64,000 nt of DNA. Origin: a plasmid. Position 1 is the stretch's first letter. Every line of letters begins with the position of its first letter. The translations under genes were made by a program, and so were the position numbers. The DNA is taken from the sequence record NZ_CP016173.1; one strand, 5' to 3'. Below, in pieces: positions 16,926 through 26,924 of this stretch. The notes under the pieces are model-generated. The model searched no databases, was not told where the DNA came from, and saw only the letters and a list, made by a program, of their open reading frames with translations.

Positions 16926-18596
16926 TTAGATGCTGGGGCTCGGGCGGGCCATCCGCTCATCGTCCACGATGCCGGCGTCCTCCGGCAGCACGTCAGACAT
17001 GCCCAAGGGCATCAGCACGTCATCATCGTCCTCATCGGACGCTGTCGTCAGCGCCTTGGCTGCGGGGCTTGCGTCCACAAGACGCTGAACAAACGCCGCG
17101 TCGATCACCGCGCCGGCATTGTCCTGACCGTACAGCACCTGGTGCAATGCCTGCTGTGTCTTCTGCGCGTCCCAACGGGCGTTCACGCTTTCGACCAGTA
17201 CCTTCTGATAGCGGCTGTTGATCTCCTGCAACGCCGACTCCACGACCTCGACCTCGATTCCGTTCGCCGATGTCCGCACCTTGCCGGCGAACTCCTCCCA
17301 CTTTTGGTGGTGCACGTCGGCTTGCTTCATCTCGTCAATGATCTGGGCGCCGATCATCTGGTAGACCATATCCTCATCTACGCCCTTGGTTTTCATCCCA
17401 TCCATGATCGTCGTGAAGTTCGGTTCGATCATGTCGAACACGGGGGCAATCGCCTCCGCGTTCAGCCCAGCTTTCTTGGCGGTTTCCAGCAGCGCTTTCT
17501 CGAATCCAGCCCAACGTGGATCGGCGCGCCCAGTTCGCACGACTGGCGCGGCCGGTTCAACGCCTGCAGGAATGAAATTGGGCAGTTCATCGCCGATCGG
17601 CAGCCGACGCTTTGAGCGATTTTCCGGCAGCATATTTGCTGCCAGTGCCCCGTCCACAATCTCACGCAACTCCGGGGCGTAGCCAAAAATGTGATCCACG
17701 ATCAGCTCCGCGTCGCGCGCGGCACGGAAGATCTCGTGCTGATCACCCTTGAGCATCTCGCGCCACACACCGGCATACCTGCCGCCGTCGTCTTGTTTGC
17801 CTTGGATGCCAAGCATCGATGTCAGGAAAACCGTGGCAATATGAGCCCGCAGCTCTTCGCGCGCATGCGCCGCATCCCCGACAATATGCGGTAGGACTGG
17901 GGCTTTTCGATCCAAGCGCGACGCATGGCCGGTCCAGCGTGCCAGCATGCCTATCACCGTAGCGTAATAGTCGTCCTGGCTCTTAAAGGCGTTGCGTGGA
18001 GGTACTAAGATTTTGTCTGGCTCACGCGTGTAGTACGCGCCATTCACGACTACGTACGATCCGATCTGACTGGAGCTTTCATGCTCTATGTCGGCACCAG
18101 TGGCCCTGATCAGCTTTTCAGCCACCTCATGTGCCTGCCAGGTTCGCTCGCGCACAATCTCCGGCAGACCCAACACGTCGGCGCCGTTGAAGAGGGCGGC
18201 ATAGAATGGACGGGGCTTGGTGCGAGCACGGGCCTGCTCTTCCGTTTCATCGTCTTCTGCTGAGGCATCTTTGTCATCGGCCTTGTTCAGCTTGAGCCAG
18301 GGCACGCCCCAGTCCCAGTATTCGACATAGGCTGCTTTCGCGCCTGCGCGGATGCGGTACCCGGCTTCATTGGCCTGCTTAAGCGTCATCCAGCGAGGAT
18401 CCGAAGATCCGCGCCGCAACTGCTCCAGCAGCAAGCCCACATTGTTGCCACCTTTATATTTGACGCCAGACACGGGATTGAACGGGCGCGAAACCACATT
18501 GTTCCGCACCTGTGCCCAAGGAAGTCCATCGTGCTCTTCCAGCCCCTGAATGAGCCCCTTCGTCAGCCGTTGCCGAAAACTGTCACGGGTCGCCAT
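16926..18596 (-). CDS. ardC: ArdC-like antirestriction protein (N-terminal ArdC_N ssDNA-binding domain, extended C-terminus)
   Basis: 556 aa. The N-terminus (…LPWAQVRNNVVSRPFNPVSGVKYKGGNNVGLLLEQL…DPRWMTLKQANEAGYRIRAGAKAAYVEYW) matches the ArdC/TraC1 N-terminal domain. No HExxH motif is visible in the C-terminal part. Acidic tail. Confidence 0.75.
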   Translation of the reverse strand: MATRDSFRQRLTKGLIQGLEEHDGLPWAQVRNNVVSRPFNPVSGVKYKGGNNVGLLLEQLRRGSSDPRWMTLKQANEAGYRIRAGAKAAYVEYWDWGVPWLKLNKADDKDASAEDDETEEQARARTKPRPFYAALFNGADVLGLPEIVRERTWQAHEVAEKLIRATGADIEHESSSQIGSYVVVNGAYYTREPDKILVPPRNAFKSQDDYYATVIGMLARWTGHASRLDRKAPVLPHIVGDAAHAREELRAHIATVFLTSMLGIQGKQDDGGRYAGVWREMLKGDQHEIFRAARDAELIVDHIFGYAPELREIVDGALAANMLPENRSKRRLPIGDELPNFIPAGVEPAAPVVRTGRADPRWAGFEKALLETAKKAGLNAEAIAPVFDMIEPNFTTIMDGMKTKGVDEDMVYQMIGAQIIDEMKQADVHHQKWEEFAGKVRTSANGIEVEVVESALQEINSRYQKVLVESVNARWDAQKTQQALHQVLYGQDNAGAVIDAAFVQRLVDASPAAKALTTASDEDDDDVLMPLGMSDVLPEDAGIVDDERMARPSPSI

Positions 18597-18597
18597 G

Positions 18598-18744
18598 TCA
18601 CTCTTCCTCTTCTTCCACGATGCCGATCCCGTTGTATACGGGGTTGCTCAGGATCTCCTGAGGCATGTCCGCTTCGCACATCTCGGCGGGCAGCCGCTCG
18701 CCCGTTTCCATCACTGCCTGGACGTATTCGTCACTGTATTGCAT
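18598..18744 (-). CDS. small acidic hypothetical protein (48 aa)
   Basis: ORF 18598..18780 trimmed to the Met with a GAGGTG RBS (MQYSDEYVQAVMETGERLP…EEEEE). Confidence 0.35.
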   Translation of the reverse strand: MQYSDEYVQAVMETGERLPAEMCEADMPQEILSNPVYNGIGIVEEEEE

Positions 18745-18982
18745 GACACACCTCAAAATGCTCAATGGTTTCGATTGCAATCAGATGGTCTTTCCCATCG
18801 GCACTCATCACATGGATGAATGGCTCCTTGGGCATGCCGACAGCGCCAACGAGCTCGATCCCCAGGAACGTCCGCATCTTCGTCTCACCAAGAATCAGAT
18901 CGCCCAATGGCGAGCGCCAATCGCGGATTTTGAATTCATAGGCCTGGTTGGGCACCAGGTGTACCGCCTCGCTTAGTTCCAT
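18731..18982 (-). CDS. hypothetical protein (83 aa)
   Basis: Compact ORF between topB and ardC on the same strand. Confidence 0.45.
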   Translation of the reverse strand: MELSEAVHLVPNQAYEFKIRDWRSPLGDLILGETKMRTFLGIELVGAVGMPKEPFIHVMSADGKDHLIAIETIEHFEVCHAIQ

Positions 18983-18998
18983 ATCAGCGTCGGCCCAC

Positions 18999-21458
18999 TC
19001 AACGCGGCTCGAAAACGAATTCGACCTTGCTGTTGTCGGCCGTCAATCGCAGGCCAGCAGAGAATGGTCGTTTCGTCTTGCTGCTGATAAAGCCGTGAAC
19101 CGCACCCAAACTGCCATTGGTGAGGAGTTCACGAGCCTCGTCATCGGACAAGTCCCGGCCCGCGACCTTGCGCCACAGTTTGAAATCGCCGTTTTCGCAC
19201 ACGAACTGAGGATGCTCACCCCACTTCACGTGTACGACACTGCCACAGTTCGGGCACGGCGCTCCAATCGAATTGCCCAGCGGCACCGGCTCGCGTTCCG
19301 CGAACTCGAACTCAACCTTACTTTCGGCGCCAAGCTTCAGACCAGCTGAAAACTTCCGATTCGTCTTGCTGCTCACGAAGCCATCAAGCGGCTTGATGGA
19401 CCCGTTCTGCAACAGTTCCTGCGCTTCCGCGTCGCTGAGATCGCGCTTGGCGATCTCGCGCCACATCTTCCAACCACATGCCGCCGCACACTCGAAGGTG
19501 CGAACCTTTGCCTGGACACCAGGGTTTCCGCACTTCGGGCACGGCACGGCCAGTTGCGCGACGGGCGCGACGGGCATATCTGAAGCTTTGCGCCGGATCA
19601 CGTCGATCATGTCGCGCGTCATCGCGGCGATTTCGTCCATGAAGGCACGACGGCTGTATTGCCCCTTCTCCATCAGCCGAAGCTTTTGCTCCCATTCCCC
19701 TGTCATCTTGGGCGAGGTCAACGAGCCCACGCCATTGGTCTCCAGGAAGGTCACCAGGCCCATGCCCTTCTCGGTAGGCACCAGGTGCTGTTCCTTGCCC
19801 TCGCGGCGCAAGTAGGGTTCTTTTGCACGCCCCTGGCCGTCCTGGTCCGACAGCAGCCCTTCGATCGTCGCGGCACGCGTTGCCGGCGTGCCTAGCCCAC
19901 GCTCGCTCATGGCGTGGCGCAGCTCGTCTTCATCCACGAGTTTGCCGGCGCCTTCCATAGCGGCCAGGAGCGTAGCTTCGGTGAAGCGTGCGGCAGGCTT
20001 GGTCTGCAACCCCTTTGCCTCCACGCCTCGCGTCTGCACGGGCTCACCCGGCTGTACGGCGCAAAGTGCCGGCGTTCTGTCGTCGTCTCCCTGGCCACCG
20101 TAAACCACACGCCAACCCGGATCCACAAGCACCTTGCCGGTGGACTTGAACGTCTCACCGGCCACCACGGATATCCGAGTGGTCAGGCTGTACTGTGCTG
20201 CCGGGTGAAACACGGCGATGAACCGCCGTACCACCAGGTCGTAAATCTTGGCTTCATCCGGATCCAGCCCGCTGGGCGCGGTTTCGGTCGGGATGATGGC
20301 AAAGTGGTCGGAAATCTTGCTGTTGTCGAAAATCCGCTTGTCTGCGCGCACCCATCCGCTGTCCAATACACGCTTGGCGTGTTCGCCAAACGCTGCACGC
20401 GAACCCAAGCTTCCGAGCACCTGCTTTGCCGTGTCGATATAGTCCTCGGGCAGCGCCGTCGCATCCGTTCGCGGATAAGTCGTGGCCTTGTGTTTTTCGT
20501 ACAACGCCTGTGCAATATCAAGGGTACGCTTGGCAGAGAACTTGAACCGCTTGTTCGCTTCCCGCTGCAACGTGGTCAGATCGAACAATCGGGGCGCAGC
20601 GTTCGAAGTGGTCTTGGACTCATCGGTAACCGAGCTGGGCGCCACGCCATCGCACATCGCGACGATCGCCAAGGCTTGGCCCTTATCGAAGATGCGGGCA
20701 CCCGCCGCATCAGGGTCTTCACCCTCGCCTGCCTTTTCCCCCTGTCGCATCCATCGGCCCGAATAGGTTCCGGCCTGTGCAGCGAAGGTCGCATGCACCT
20801 CCCAGTAATCCTTCGGCACGAAATTGCGGATCTCACTTTCACGATGAACCACAATTGCCAGCGTGGGAGTCTGGACCCGCCCTGCCGTCATTTGCTCATA
20901 GGCGCCTTTCTGCCGCTCGCGCAGGCGCGTGATGCCACGCGAGCCGTTGATGCCGACCAGCCAGTCCGCCTCGCTGCGACATTTCGCGGCGTCGGCCAGC
21001 GCATTGAACTCGTCCCCCGGCCGCATGCCTTCATAGGCCTGGCGGATCGCGTCCGCCGTCATGGATTGCAACCACATGCGTCGGATTGGCTTTTTGCAGC
21101 CAGCCGCCTCGTAGATCAGCCGAAAGATGAGCTCACCCTCGCGGCCCGCGTCGCAAGCGTTCACGACTTGCGTCACGTCTTCTCGCTTCATGAGCCGTGC
21201 GAGCAAATTGAATTGGGGCTTGGCGCGGTCCAGGACTTGAAGGCCGAAGCGCGGCGGAATTACCGGCAGCGTGTCGAGGTCTTTCCCTGTGGTCTGCGCT
21301 TCAGGCACATGCAGAGTTACCAGATGCCCAACGGCAGAAGACACCAGCGCGTCGCCGCGTTCGAGCCAGCCGCCCTCGGCCTTTGAGAAACCGCCCAGGG
21401 CCTGCGCAATATCGCGGGCGACCGACGGCTTTTCCGCGATGACAAGTATCTTCGACAT
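18999..21458 (-). CDS. topB: DNA topoisomerase III (type IA) with C-terminal zinc ribbons
   Basis: ORF 18999..21584 trimmed to MSKILVIAEKPSVARDIA… with an AAGGGG RBS. Toprim motifs (EKPS, DAGREGE). Active site …ALYEKHKATTYPRTDATALPE…. C-terminal Cys4 repeats (CPKCG…C…C, CPNCGS…). Confidence 0.9.
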   Translation of the reverse strand: MSKILVIAEKPSVARDIAQALGGFSKAEGGWLERGDALVSSAVGHLVTLHVPEAQTTGKDLDTLPVIPPRFGLQVLDRAKPQFNLLARLMKREDVTQVVNACDAGREGELIFRLIYEAAGCKKPIRRMWLQSMTADAIRQAYEGMRPGDEFNALADAAKCRSEADWLVGINGSRGITRLRERQKGAYEQMTAGRVQTPTLAIVVHRESEIRNFVPKDYWEVHATFAAQAGTYSGRWMRQGEKAGEGEDPDAAGARIFDKGQALAIVAMCDGVAPSSVTDESKTTSNAAPRLFDLTTLQREANKRFKFSAKRTLDIAQALYEKHKATTYPRTDATALPEDYIDTAKQVLGSLGSRAAFGEHAKRVLDSGWVRADKRIFDNSKISDHFAIIPTETAPSGLDPDEAKIYDLVVRRFIAVFHPAAQYSLTTRISVVAGETFKSTGKVLVDPGWRVVYGGQGDDDRTPALCAVQPGEPVQTRGVEAKGLQTKPAARFTEATLLAAMEGAGKLVDEDELRHAMSERGLGTPATRAATIEGLLSDQDGQGRAKEPYLRREGKEQHLVPTEKGMGLVTFLETNGVGSLTSPKMTGEWEQKLRLMEKGQYSRRAFMDEIAAMTRDMIDVIRRKASDMPVAPVAQLAVPCPKCGNPGVQAKVRTFECAAACGWKMWREIAKRDLSDAEAQELLQNGSIKPLDGFVSSKTNRKFSAGLKLGAESKVEFEFAEREPVPLGNSIGAPCPNCGSVVHVKWGEHPQFVCENGDFKLWRKVAGRDLSDDEARELLTNGSLGAVHGFISSKTKRPFSAGLRLTADNSKVEFVFEPR

Positions 21459-21468
21459 GCCGCGCCCC

Positions 21469-21903
21469 TTACTGCTGGACGCTGTACTGCGCAGCGCGCG
21501 CGTGAATCCTGAGTGCCGCTGCTTCCTGTGCTTGTGCCGCCCGTACGGCCTGCCCATAGAGCGCGTCACCGGACATAGATTCATCGCTGTTCCGCGCCAT
21601 TTCCCACAGCACGCGCATCACGAAAAGCGCATTACCTTCCGGGTCCAGGCCTTGATCGCGCAGATGGTCGATCACACCCTGGGCCGTATCCTGCAGACCG
21701 CTCGCCTGGAGAAAATCGGCGATGGATCCCAGACCTTTCGGATTCTGACTGGGGTGAATCACGATTGGCGTGATGCGATCCGCGTCGAGCATGTCCCAGT
21801 ACGTCGAGCCGTCGCGCCCGACGCAGACGACCTTTCGGCCACCGGCCAGGTCGTCCATTTCAAGGTAAGTACCCGGCTGAAACTTCATCGTTTTCATTGT
21901 CAA
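21469..21903 (-). CDS. hypothetical protein (144 aa)
   Basis: Sits between the two topoisomerase genes. Its start region overlaps the 3' end of the upstream ORF by ~40 nt, so the start is uncertain. Confidence 0.5.
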   Translation of the reverse strand: MTMKTMKFQPGTYLEMDDLAGGRKVVCVGRDGSTYWDMLDADRITPIVIHPSQNPKGLGSIADFLQASGLQDTAQGVIDHLRDQGLDPEGNALFVMRVLWEMARNSDESMSGDALYGQAVRAAQAQEAAALRIHARAAQYSVQQ

Positions 21904-23389
21904 AATCCTGATGTCGGTCGGTAGAAATGGTGCTCAAACCACACATTTCTATCATATCAGCAACCATCATAGATGAGTCTTTTTTATTGACTTCGAGGTA
22001 ATTCTCGATCAATTTTGACAAATTTTGATGTCCGAAATGCCGCCCAACATTGGCGCTCCATTCCATGCCTTTCTTAGTCAAATCAAAGGATTGTGTGACA
22101 AGTTCGCGTGTCAGAAATTTGTTCACGTGATCGACCATCGTAGATGGTCGACCCAACCCGTTCTTGCTCATGAAATGCAGCAGCGACTGGGCCGGAGTCC
22201 ACGCCTGGAATCCCGGCGAGATCGGCTCGTTCCACAAGATCGACCCCTTTGCATCCCGTCGATGCCAAGCCAGGCCTTGCGCGGAAGAAGGCAACGTCGA
22301 AGTCTGCGCGGCATTTGGCATTTGCAGCTCACACGGCACGCCGCATTCGATCAAGCGCCTTGTCAGGTGTACAAGCACCCGCTCCTCAAAAGGCAGCAAG
22401 GAAAGCTCACGGTTCAACGCCAAACCGATGACCATGGGGTTAGGGGCTTCATGCGCATACTCGCCTCCAGGTTCACGCACAGCCGTAAAGAGGCCAGGCA
22501 CGAATCCGGCGCCGCTTGCGCGCGCGATCGCGGTAATTCGCCGCACCGCCTCGGGCGTAATCGCACAGTCCCTGGCCCTCGGGTAGGTCATCTGCCCACG
22601 CTCGTAGAGGTCTTGCATAGCGCTTGAGACCTCGGACACCTCACGCCCCGTCGCCAGGCTTGCGGACAACAAAATTTCATCGTGGTTCATCGGACGGCTC
22701 GCCATGGTGCCCTGTTTCACTGAACCCACGGACAGCCGCGCATCAAAGTGCGTGACATCAGGCACCGCCTCACCAGCGAAAATGGGTCTTCTGGCGATCC
22801 AATCCCCTTTCCCATCATCACTTGATGCTGCAAAAGTGACGATGCCCACGACCGGCACCTTCGATTGCAGCTCAAGCAGCAATGAACCCTGCACCCGCCC
22901 GACTGCCCCCTCTTCCCCCGACAGCGACCCGATAAGGCGATCCACAATGCGCCTGGCGTCACCACGGCAAGCCGTCATTTCATCGAATGGCCCGGCCGCA
23001 GCCAATGCAGCCTTCACTTCTGACGGGGCCAGCGATTTCAGCCGCACGCGCAACACCTTTGACCGATCCTTATCAGCGATGCAAAAGCGAAGCACGTCAC
23101 GGGCGATCACGTCCCCCTCTTGGTCGTCATCAGAGGCGAGATACACGTGCTTGGCTGACCTGGCCGCTTGCTCGATCTCCAAAGCGACACACTCGCGGTC
23201 GGGCTTCAGTCGATAGGCCAACTCGCGATACCTATCATCGATACCTATCGGCTTGAAGCCATCGGGATTGGTGCCGATATGCCCCACTGTAGCCAATACG
23301 CTGACATCCCGCATTCCGGCCGCGCGCAGCGCCGCAATCAACGCCTTGCGCTTTCCAGGCGCTTCAATCACAAAGACATTGGCAGGCAT
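21860..23389 (-). CDS. compact type IA topoisomerase-like protein (Toprim + catalytic core, no zinc ribbons)
   Basis: 509 aa. AAGGGA RBS. VFVIEAPGKRKAL (Toprim Glu). YLASDDDQEGD (DxD). GRVQGSLLLEL corresponds to TopB GRVQTP. LYERGQMTYPRARDCAITPEA retains the catalytic Tyr of the TYPRTD motif. AHEAPNP and GLGRPSTMVDHVNKF match the topo IA C-terminal core motifs. Confidence 0.7.
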   Translation of the reverse strand: MPANVFVIEAPGKRKALIAALRAAGMRDVSVLATVGHIGTNPDGFKPIGIDDRYRELAYRLKPDRECVALEIEQAARSAKHVYLASDDDQEGDVIARDVLRFCIADKDRSKVLRVRLKSLAPSEVKAALAAAGPFDEMTACRGDARRIVDRLIGSLSGEEGAVGRVQGSLLLELQSKVPVVGIVTFAASSDDGKGDWIARRPIFAGEAVPDVTHFDARLSVGSVKQGTMASRPMNHDEILLSASLATGREVSEVSSAMQDLYERGQMTYPRARDCAITPEAVRRITAIARASGAGFVPGLFTAVREPGGEYAHEAPNPMVIGLALNRELSLLPFEERVLVHLTRRLIECGVPCELQMPNAAQTSTLPSSAQGLAWHRRDAKGSILWNEPISPGFQAWTPAQSLLHFMSKNGLGRPSTMVDHVNKFLTRELVTQSFDLTKKGMEWSANVGRHFGHQNLSKLIENYLEVNKKDSSMMVADMIEMCGLSTISTDRHQDFDNENDEVSAGYLP

Positions 23390-23397
23390 AGATTCCC

Positions 23398-25092
23398 TTA
23401 CATGCTTAGGGTCGGACGCGACTCATCGGACAGCACGTCGTTCTGTTGGGCCTGGACGGCGCGCCCTATTTCGATGGCGCCGATGACCAGGCCGTTTTCG
23501 TCTTCCACTCCTCTCTCACCAGCCAGCGCTGCCCGTGCCACCAAAGCAGCTACCTCCGATGCTGATCTTCCAGGAGAAAGCCGGATGGAGATCCGCACAT
23601 CATCGTCTGCCACAGCTTGCTCCGGCTCTGCAAAAGAAATGGAACCGACCGTGTTTCCGTTGATGTCGCATACGTCAACCTCCTCCCCTGGCGTGCGGTC
23701 CATCTGCTCAGCAACCGCACGAACGATATTGGCAAGCTCATTGCGCATGCCCACGTCCATGAAAGCCGCGGTATCGGGGCGAATCGTGATCACCGCGACG
23801 GAAGGCGCAACCTCGACCTCGGCGTCCAGCCAACGATCGACCTTCAGGTGCGAGACCTCGGTAACCGCAACCCCTTTGTATTCGCCATGCTTTTTCACCT
23901 TGAAGCGTGCCGCAAAGGTGCGGTCCACAGCTTGAGGCTTGAGCAGATCGTCGGGCGGACTGGAGGTGCGCCATGACAGCCGATTTCCGTTTGAATCCCG
24001 GAAATTTAAACGCCATTGCAACCCGTACTGGGTATCCCAGCTCGTCACAGAGTGGAACGTGAGCGGTTCATCACGCTTCTGGCCAACCTCACCGACATGA
24101 ACCGATGGAATCTCGGCGTCACGTTCCTTGGCGTGCTGCCGCTGGTGCCCTGCTACCGCGCCCGCCGCAAAGGCCAGATACTTGCTCTTGAGCTCTATGT
24201 TTTCGTTTGAGAACAGGGTCTTTACGTTGCTCGTGAATGAGTCGTCGTTCTCCGATTTCAGCCACCAAGCAATGATCTTATCGGCGTATTGGGCGTGACG
24301 CTCGTAGTCCTGATAGAAGCGATCGCGACGCCTTGCATCCCGTTGAAGCTCTCGATCAAGCCCAGCGGCACGTTCATACGTGGCGAGCACGAAAGCCTCT
24401 TTGGCCTTGGCAGCCGACACAAAGCCCTTATCTACTTCCATGCAGAAGAGAACACGAGCAAGATAACCTTTGACCGGCATCGCGGTCACGCGCCCGGTGT
24501 CGGCGCTGAACGATTCTTCACCGTAGTCGCTCCAGAACGCATGCATCTGCTGCGTGAAAAGCGCAATGCTCGGATCGACTCCGGCGAAATCTTCCAGGCA
24601 GGTAGAGCCAACTTCTTTGTAATTGCCTTGTCGATCTTTGAGCAAGTAACTGAGCTTCCTGGCACGCTTCGTGTTGCAGTGCTCGCAATTGATTGCGCAG
24701 TTAGCATGTGAGCGCATCACTTCCACGTCATCGGGATCGGTAGAGACGGAGAACAACAAGTTGCCCGCTTCTGTCGCCTCGATCTGACCCACAACGGACC
24801 AGTCGCCCAACTTGACAATCGGGTAGTCCAACGAAAGGCGATTGACCAGGAATACCGCGCGTCCGAAGGGCGGCTCATCTCCCTCCATGAGCCGGACAAT
24901 ATATGCCTCGGTACCCGCGCTCGTATCCTGCGTCTTCCAGTAGTAGCGTTGCTGGCTTGTTGCGACCACCTTTATGGGGTCGAGCCCAAAGGCCTCCGCC
25001 TTCTTGTTCAACCGTGCAAGCGAAGACTCGAAATCGTCCATCCCGTGAAGGGGAACAAGGACATCGCTTTGAAGACGCGTAGCCATAGTCAC
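23398..25092 (-). CDS. uncharacterised protein with Cys4 motif and one C-terminal 'DINGN' repeat domain (564 aa)
   Basis: CAINCEHCN…STCLEDF cysteines. C-terminal …RPDTAAFMDVGMRNELANIVRAVAEQ…DVCDINGNTVGSISF… matches the repeat found twice in the 733-aa protein. ATGA overlap with the upstream gene. Confidence 0.7.
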   Translation of the reverse strand: MTMATRLQSDVLVPLHGMDDFESSLARLNKKAEAFGLDPIKVVATSQQRYYWKTQDTSAGTEAYIVRLMEGDEPPFGRAVFLVNRLSLDYPIVKLGDWSVVGQIEATEAGNLLFSVSTDPDDVEVMRSHANCAINCEHCNTKRARKLSYLLKDRQGNYKEVGSTCLEDFAGVDPSIALFTQQMHAFWSDYGEESFSADTGRVTAMPVKGYLARVLFCMEVDKGFVSAAKAKEAFVLATYERAAGLDRELQRDARRRDRFYQDYERHAQYADKIIAWWLKSENDDSFTSNVKTLFSNENIELKSKYLAFAAGAVAGHQRQHAKERDAEIPSVHVGEVGQKRDEPLTFHSVTSWDTQYGLQWRLNFRDSNGNRLSWRTSSPPDDLLKPQAVDRTFAARFKVKKHGEYKGVAVTEVSHLKVDRWLDAEVEVAPSVAVITIRPDTAAFMDVGMRNELANIVRAVAEQMDRTPGEEVDVCDINGNTVGSISFAEPEQAVADDDVRISIRLSPGRSASEVAALVARAALAGERGVEDENGLVIGAIEIGRAVQAQQNDVLSDESRPTLSM

Positions 25093-25922
25093 GGCTCCAG
25101 CCCGCGTGCGTCCAAATCAATTTCATTGCCATCCGCATCAGTGATGAATAGCTCCTTGTCATCACTCCCTGCGTAGTCGCCGAACCATGCTTTGCGGTAA
25201 ACACCTATCGCATCGCCTCCGGCATCGCGAACATAGAACTCCTTGGTAAGGAATCCATCCAGCTCGACCCAACCCGTCAGAGACACATCGGGATAAAGCG
25301 CGCCATGCTCGTTCTTATCCCGGTTCCACGCTGCGATCTCGGCTTCCGACAGGATCTCCAAGCCGAGAGCTCGAAGCCGCCGCTCCGCTTCGTCCACACG
25401 AGCCGACACATCGTCCGGGCCCACGCTGGCGTGCTGCCCAAGCGCGGTGGCCGGGCGTACATCATCAAGCGTCAATCCGCATGCGCGCGCCGACTTCACA
25501 TACTCGATGCAGAAATGGGACAACATCACGCTACCGAACACCCGCGTGATCTCCGAATCGGCCAAGCTCGCGATATCCTGAGTCCTCATCGTCTCAATCA
25601 ACTGATCAAGCCATTTCGGATCATCCCCGCCCTGGGCGAGCCGATTTTTTATGCCATTAATGCGTTCGTACCGATCGACCTGAGGGCTCTTCTGCAATTC
25701 CGGCACGCGATACTTCATCAGCCATTCCGGGCCGAGCGTGTTGCGCACCCGCTGCAACGCCGCCGAGTGCTCCTCTGTCATTCCGGGATAACGGGCTCGC
25801 TCCCAGCAATCTCGCAGCGCGGATTTCCAGTTTCGGCCGTTCTTGTCGCGAAAGGTCGCCAGCGCTTCCTCCTGCAAAGGCGTCAGCGCTTCTACCTCGT
25901 GGGATTTCGGGTGCTCGGCCAT
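25089..25922 (-). CDS. uncharacterised protein, paralogue A (277 aa)
   Basis: Shares a ~60-aa core with the next gene (DPKWLDQLIETMRTQDIASLADSEITRVFGSVMLSHFCIEYVKSARACGLTLDDV). Confidence 0.65.
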   Translation of the reverse strand: MAEHPKSHEVEALTPLQEEALATFRDKNGRNWKSALRDCWERARYPGMTEEHSAALQRVRNTLGPEWLMKYRVPELQKSPQVDRYERINGIKNRLAQGGDDPKWLDQLIETMRTQDIASLADSEITRVFGSVMLSHFCIEYVKSARACGLTLDDVRPATALGQHASVGPDDVSARVDEAERRLRALGLEILSEAEIAAWNRDKNEHGALYPDVSLTGWVELDGFLTKEFYVRDAGGDAIGVYRKAWFGDYAGSDDKELFITDADGNEIDLDARGLEP

Positions 25923-25929
25923 ACGTCAC

Positions 25930-26886
25930 CTACATCGGGCTCGGGGCATCGTCGTCTGCACGATTGCCGTTCTTCTTGGCCGCTTCCACGGCCTCCTCCA
26001 CGCTGCCGACTGAAGAAAGAAAATCGCGCATGTCTTGTGTGATCGTCAGTTGATCCGATTCGCGTACCCACTCACCCTTCCCACGAATGGTCACATAATC
26101 GGTACTCCAGCCGTCGGTGATGGCAATATGCCCGTTCGGCATTTGGGCGACATAGCTTTCGCAAGACGGCGACGTGTACAGGACGAGCTCGCCACTTTCA
26201 TCGCGCAGCCCATTCCGTGCCTCACCGCTGCTAACAACCAGCTCATCTTCGATGTCGCGATCCAGCGCTGTGAGAGGATAAAGGTCATCGAGGATCAAGC
26301 CACACTGGCGCGCAGCTTTCGCATACTCAATGCAGAATCCTGACAGCACAACTTGGTCAAATACGCGCTCGATTTCCGCATCATCCAGGCTCGTAATTTT
26401 CTCGGCCTGCATCTTTCCCAAGATCCCATCCAGCCATCGGGGATCCTGGCCATTGGTGGCGAGCCGCTCCTTCAGGTCTTCTTTCCAATTGAGCGCATCG
26501 AGCAGGGCATCGCCATCGATGGCTTCGAGCATTTCGGCGCTTACGGAAATCCCCCAACTGCCGTCCATCCGATTCGCATGCCCGGACGCGAGGCGCAAAT
26601 TCACGGTGGTCGCACGGGGGTCGAATCCGAACTCCACGTCTTGGATCAGTGCGAAGTTGCCGCTCTCAATCGTCACGCGGTTCACTTCTTGCAGCAGCTC
26701 CCGTACGTGAGCGCGCGCCATCTCTTTCGCGATATCCAACCGATCCTGGTCGTACCCGCCCTCTGAAGCCATTACGGCCAGCTTCGTATGCCTTTCAGCC
26801 AAGTAGGCGAGCCGTACAGAAAAATTGTGCGCGTCGGCATTCTTCATGCCGCGCTCCTGAAGGCGCAAGGCCAAATCACGATCCAT
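25930..26886 (-). CDS. uncharacterised protein, paralogue B (318 aa)
   Basis: GAGGAAA RBS. Core DPRWLDGILGKMQAEKITSLDDAEIERVFDQVVLSGFCIEYAKAARQCGLILDDL is homologous to paralogue A. Confidence 0.65.
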   Translation of the reverse strand: MDRDLALRLQERGMKNADAHNFSVRLAYLAERHTKLAVMASEGGYDQDRLDIAKEMARAHVRELLQEVNRVTIESGNFALIQDVEFGFDPRATTVNLRLASGHANRMDGSWGISVSAEMLEAIDGDALLDALNWKEDLKERLATNGQDPRWLDGILGKMQAEKITSLDDAEIERVFDQVVLSGFCIEYAKAARQCGLILDDLYPLTALDRDIEDELVVSSGEARNGLRDESGELVLYTSPSCESYVAQMPNGHIAITDGWSTDYVTIRGKGEWVRESDQLTITQDMRDFLSSVGSVEEAVEAAKKNGNRADDDAPSPM

Positions 26887-26924
26887 GTTGTTTCCTCTCG
26901 GCTTCCGGCAAGGATGATGGTTAA

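Noticed and set aside
16926-18596. C-terminal metalloprotease (HExxH) domain expected in canonical ArdC
   Set aside because: No HExxH motif is present in the C-terminal 300 aa, so only the N-terminal ArdC_N/ssDNA-binding domain is claimed.
19914-21386. 490-aa plus-strand ORF, along with several other 200-400-aa ORFs (36084..37253, 49064..50302, 33435..34388, 25305..26042, 7843..8685, 5739..6317)
   Set aside because: All lie antisense to genes with strong motif support (TopB, ParB-like, MORN protein, MTase and others) and are Arg/Ala/Pro/Gly-rich low-complexity translations. This is the usual long open antisense frame of >60% GC DNA.
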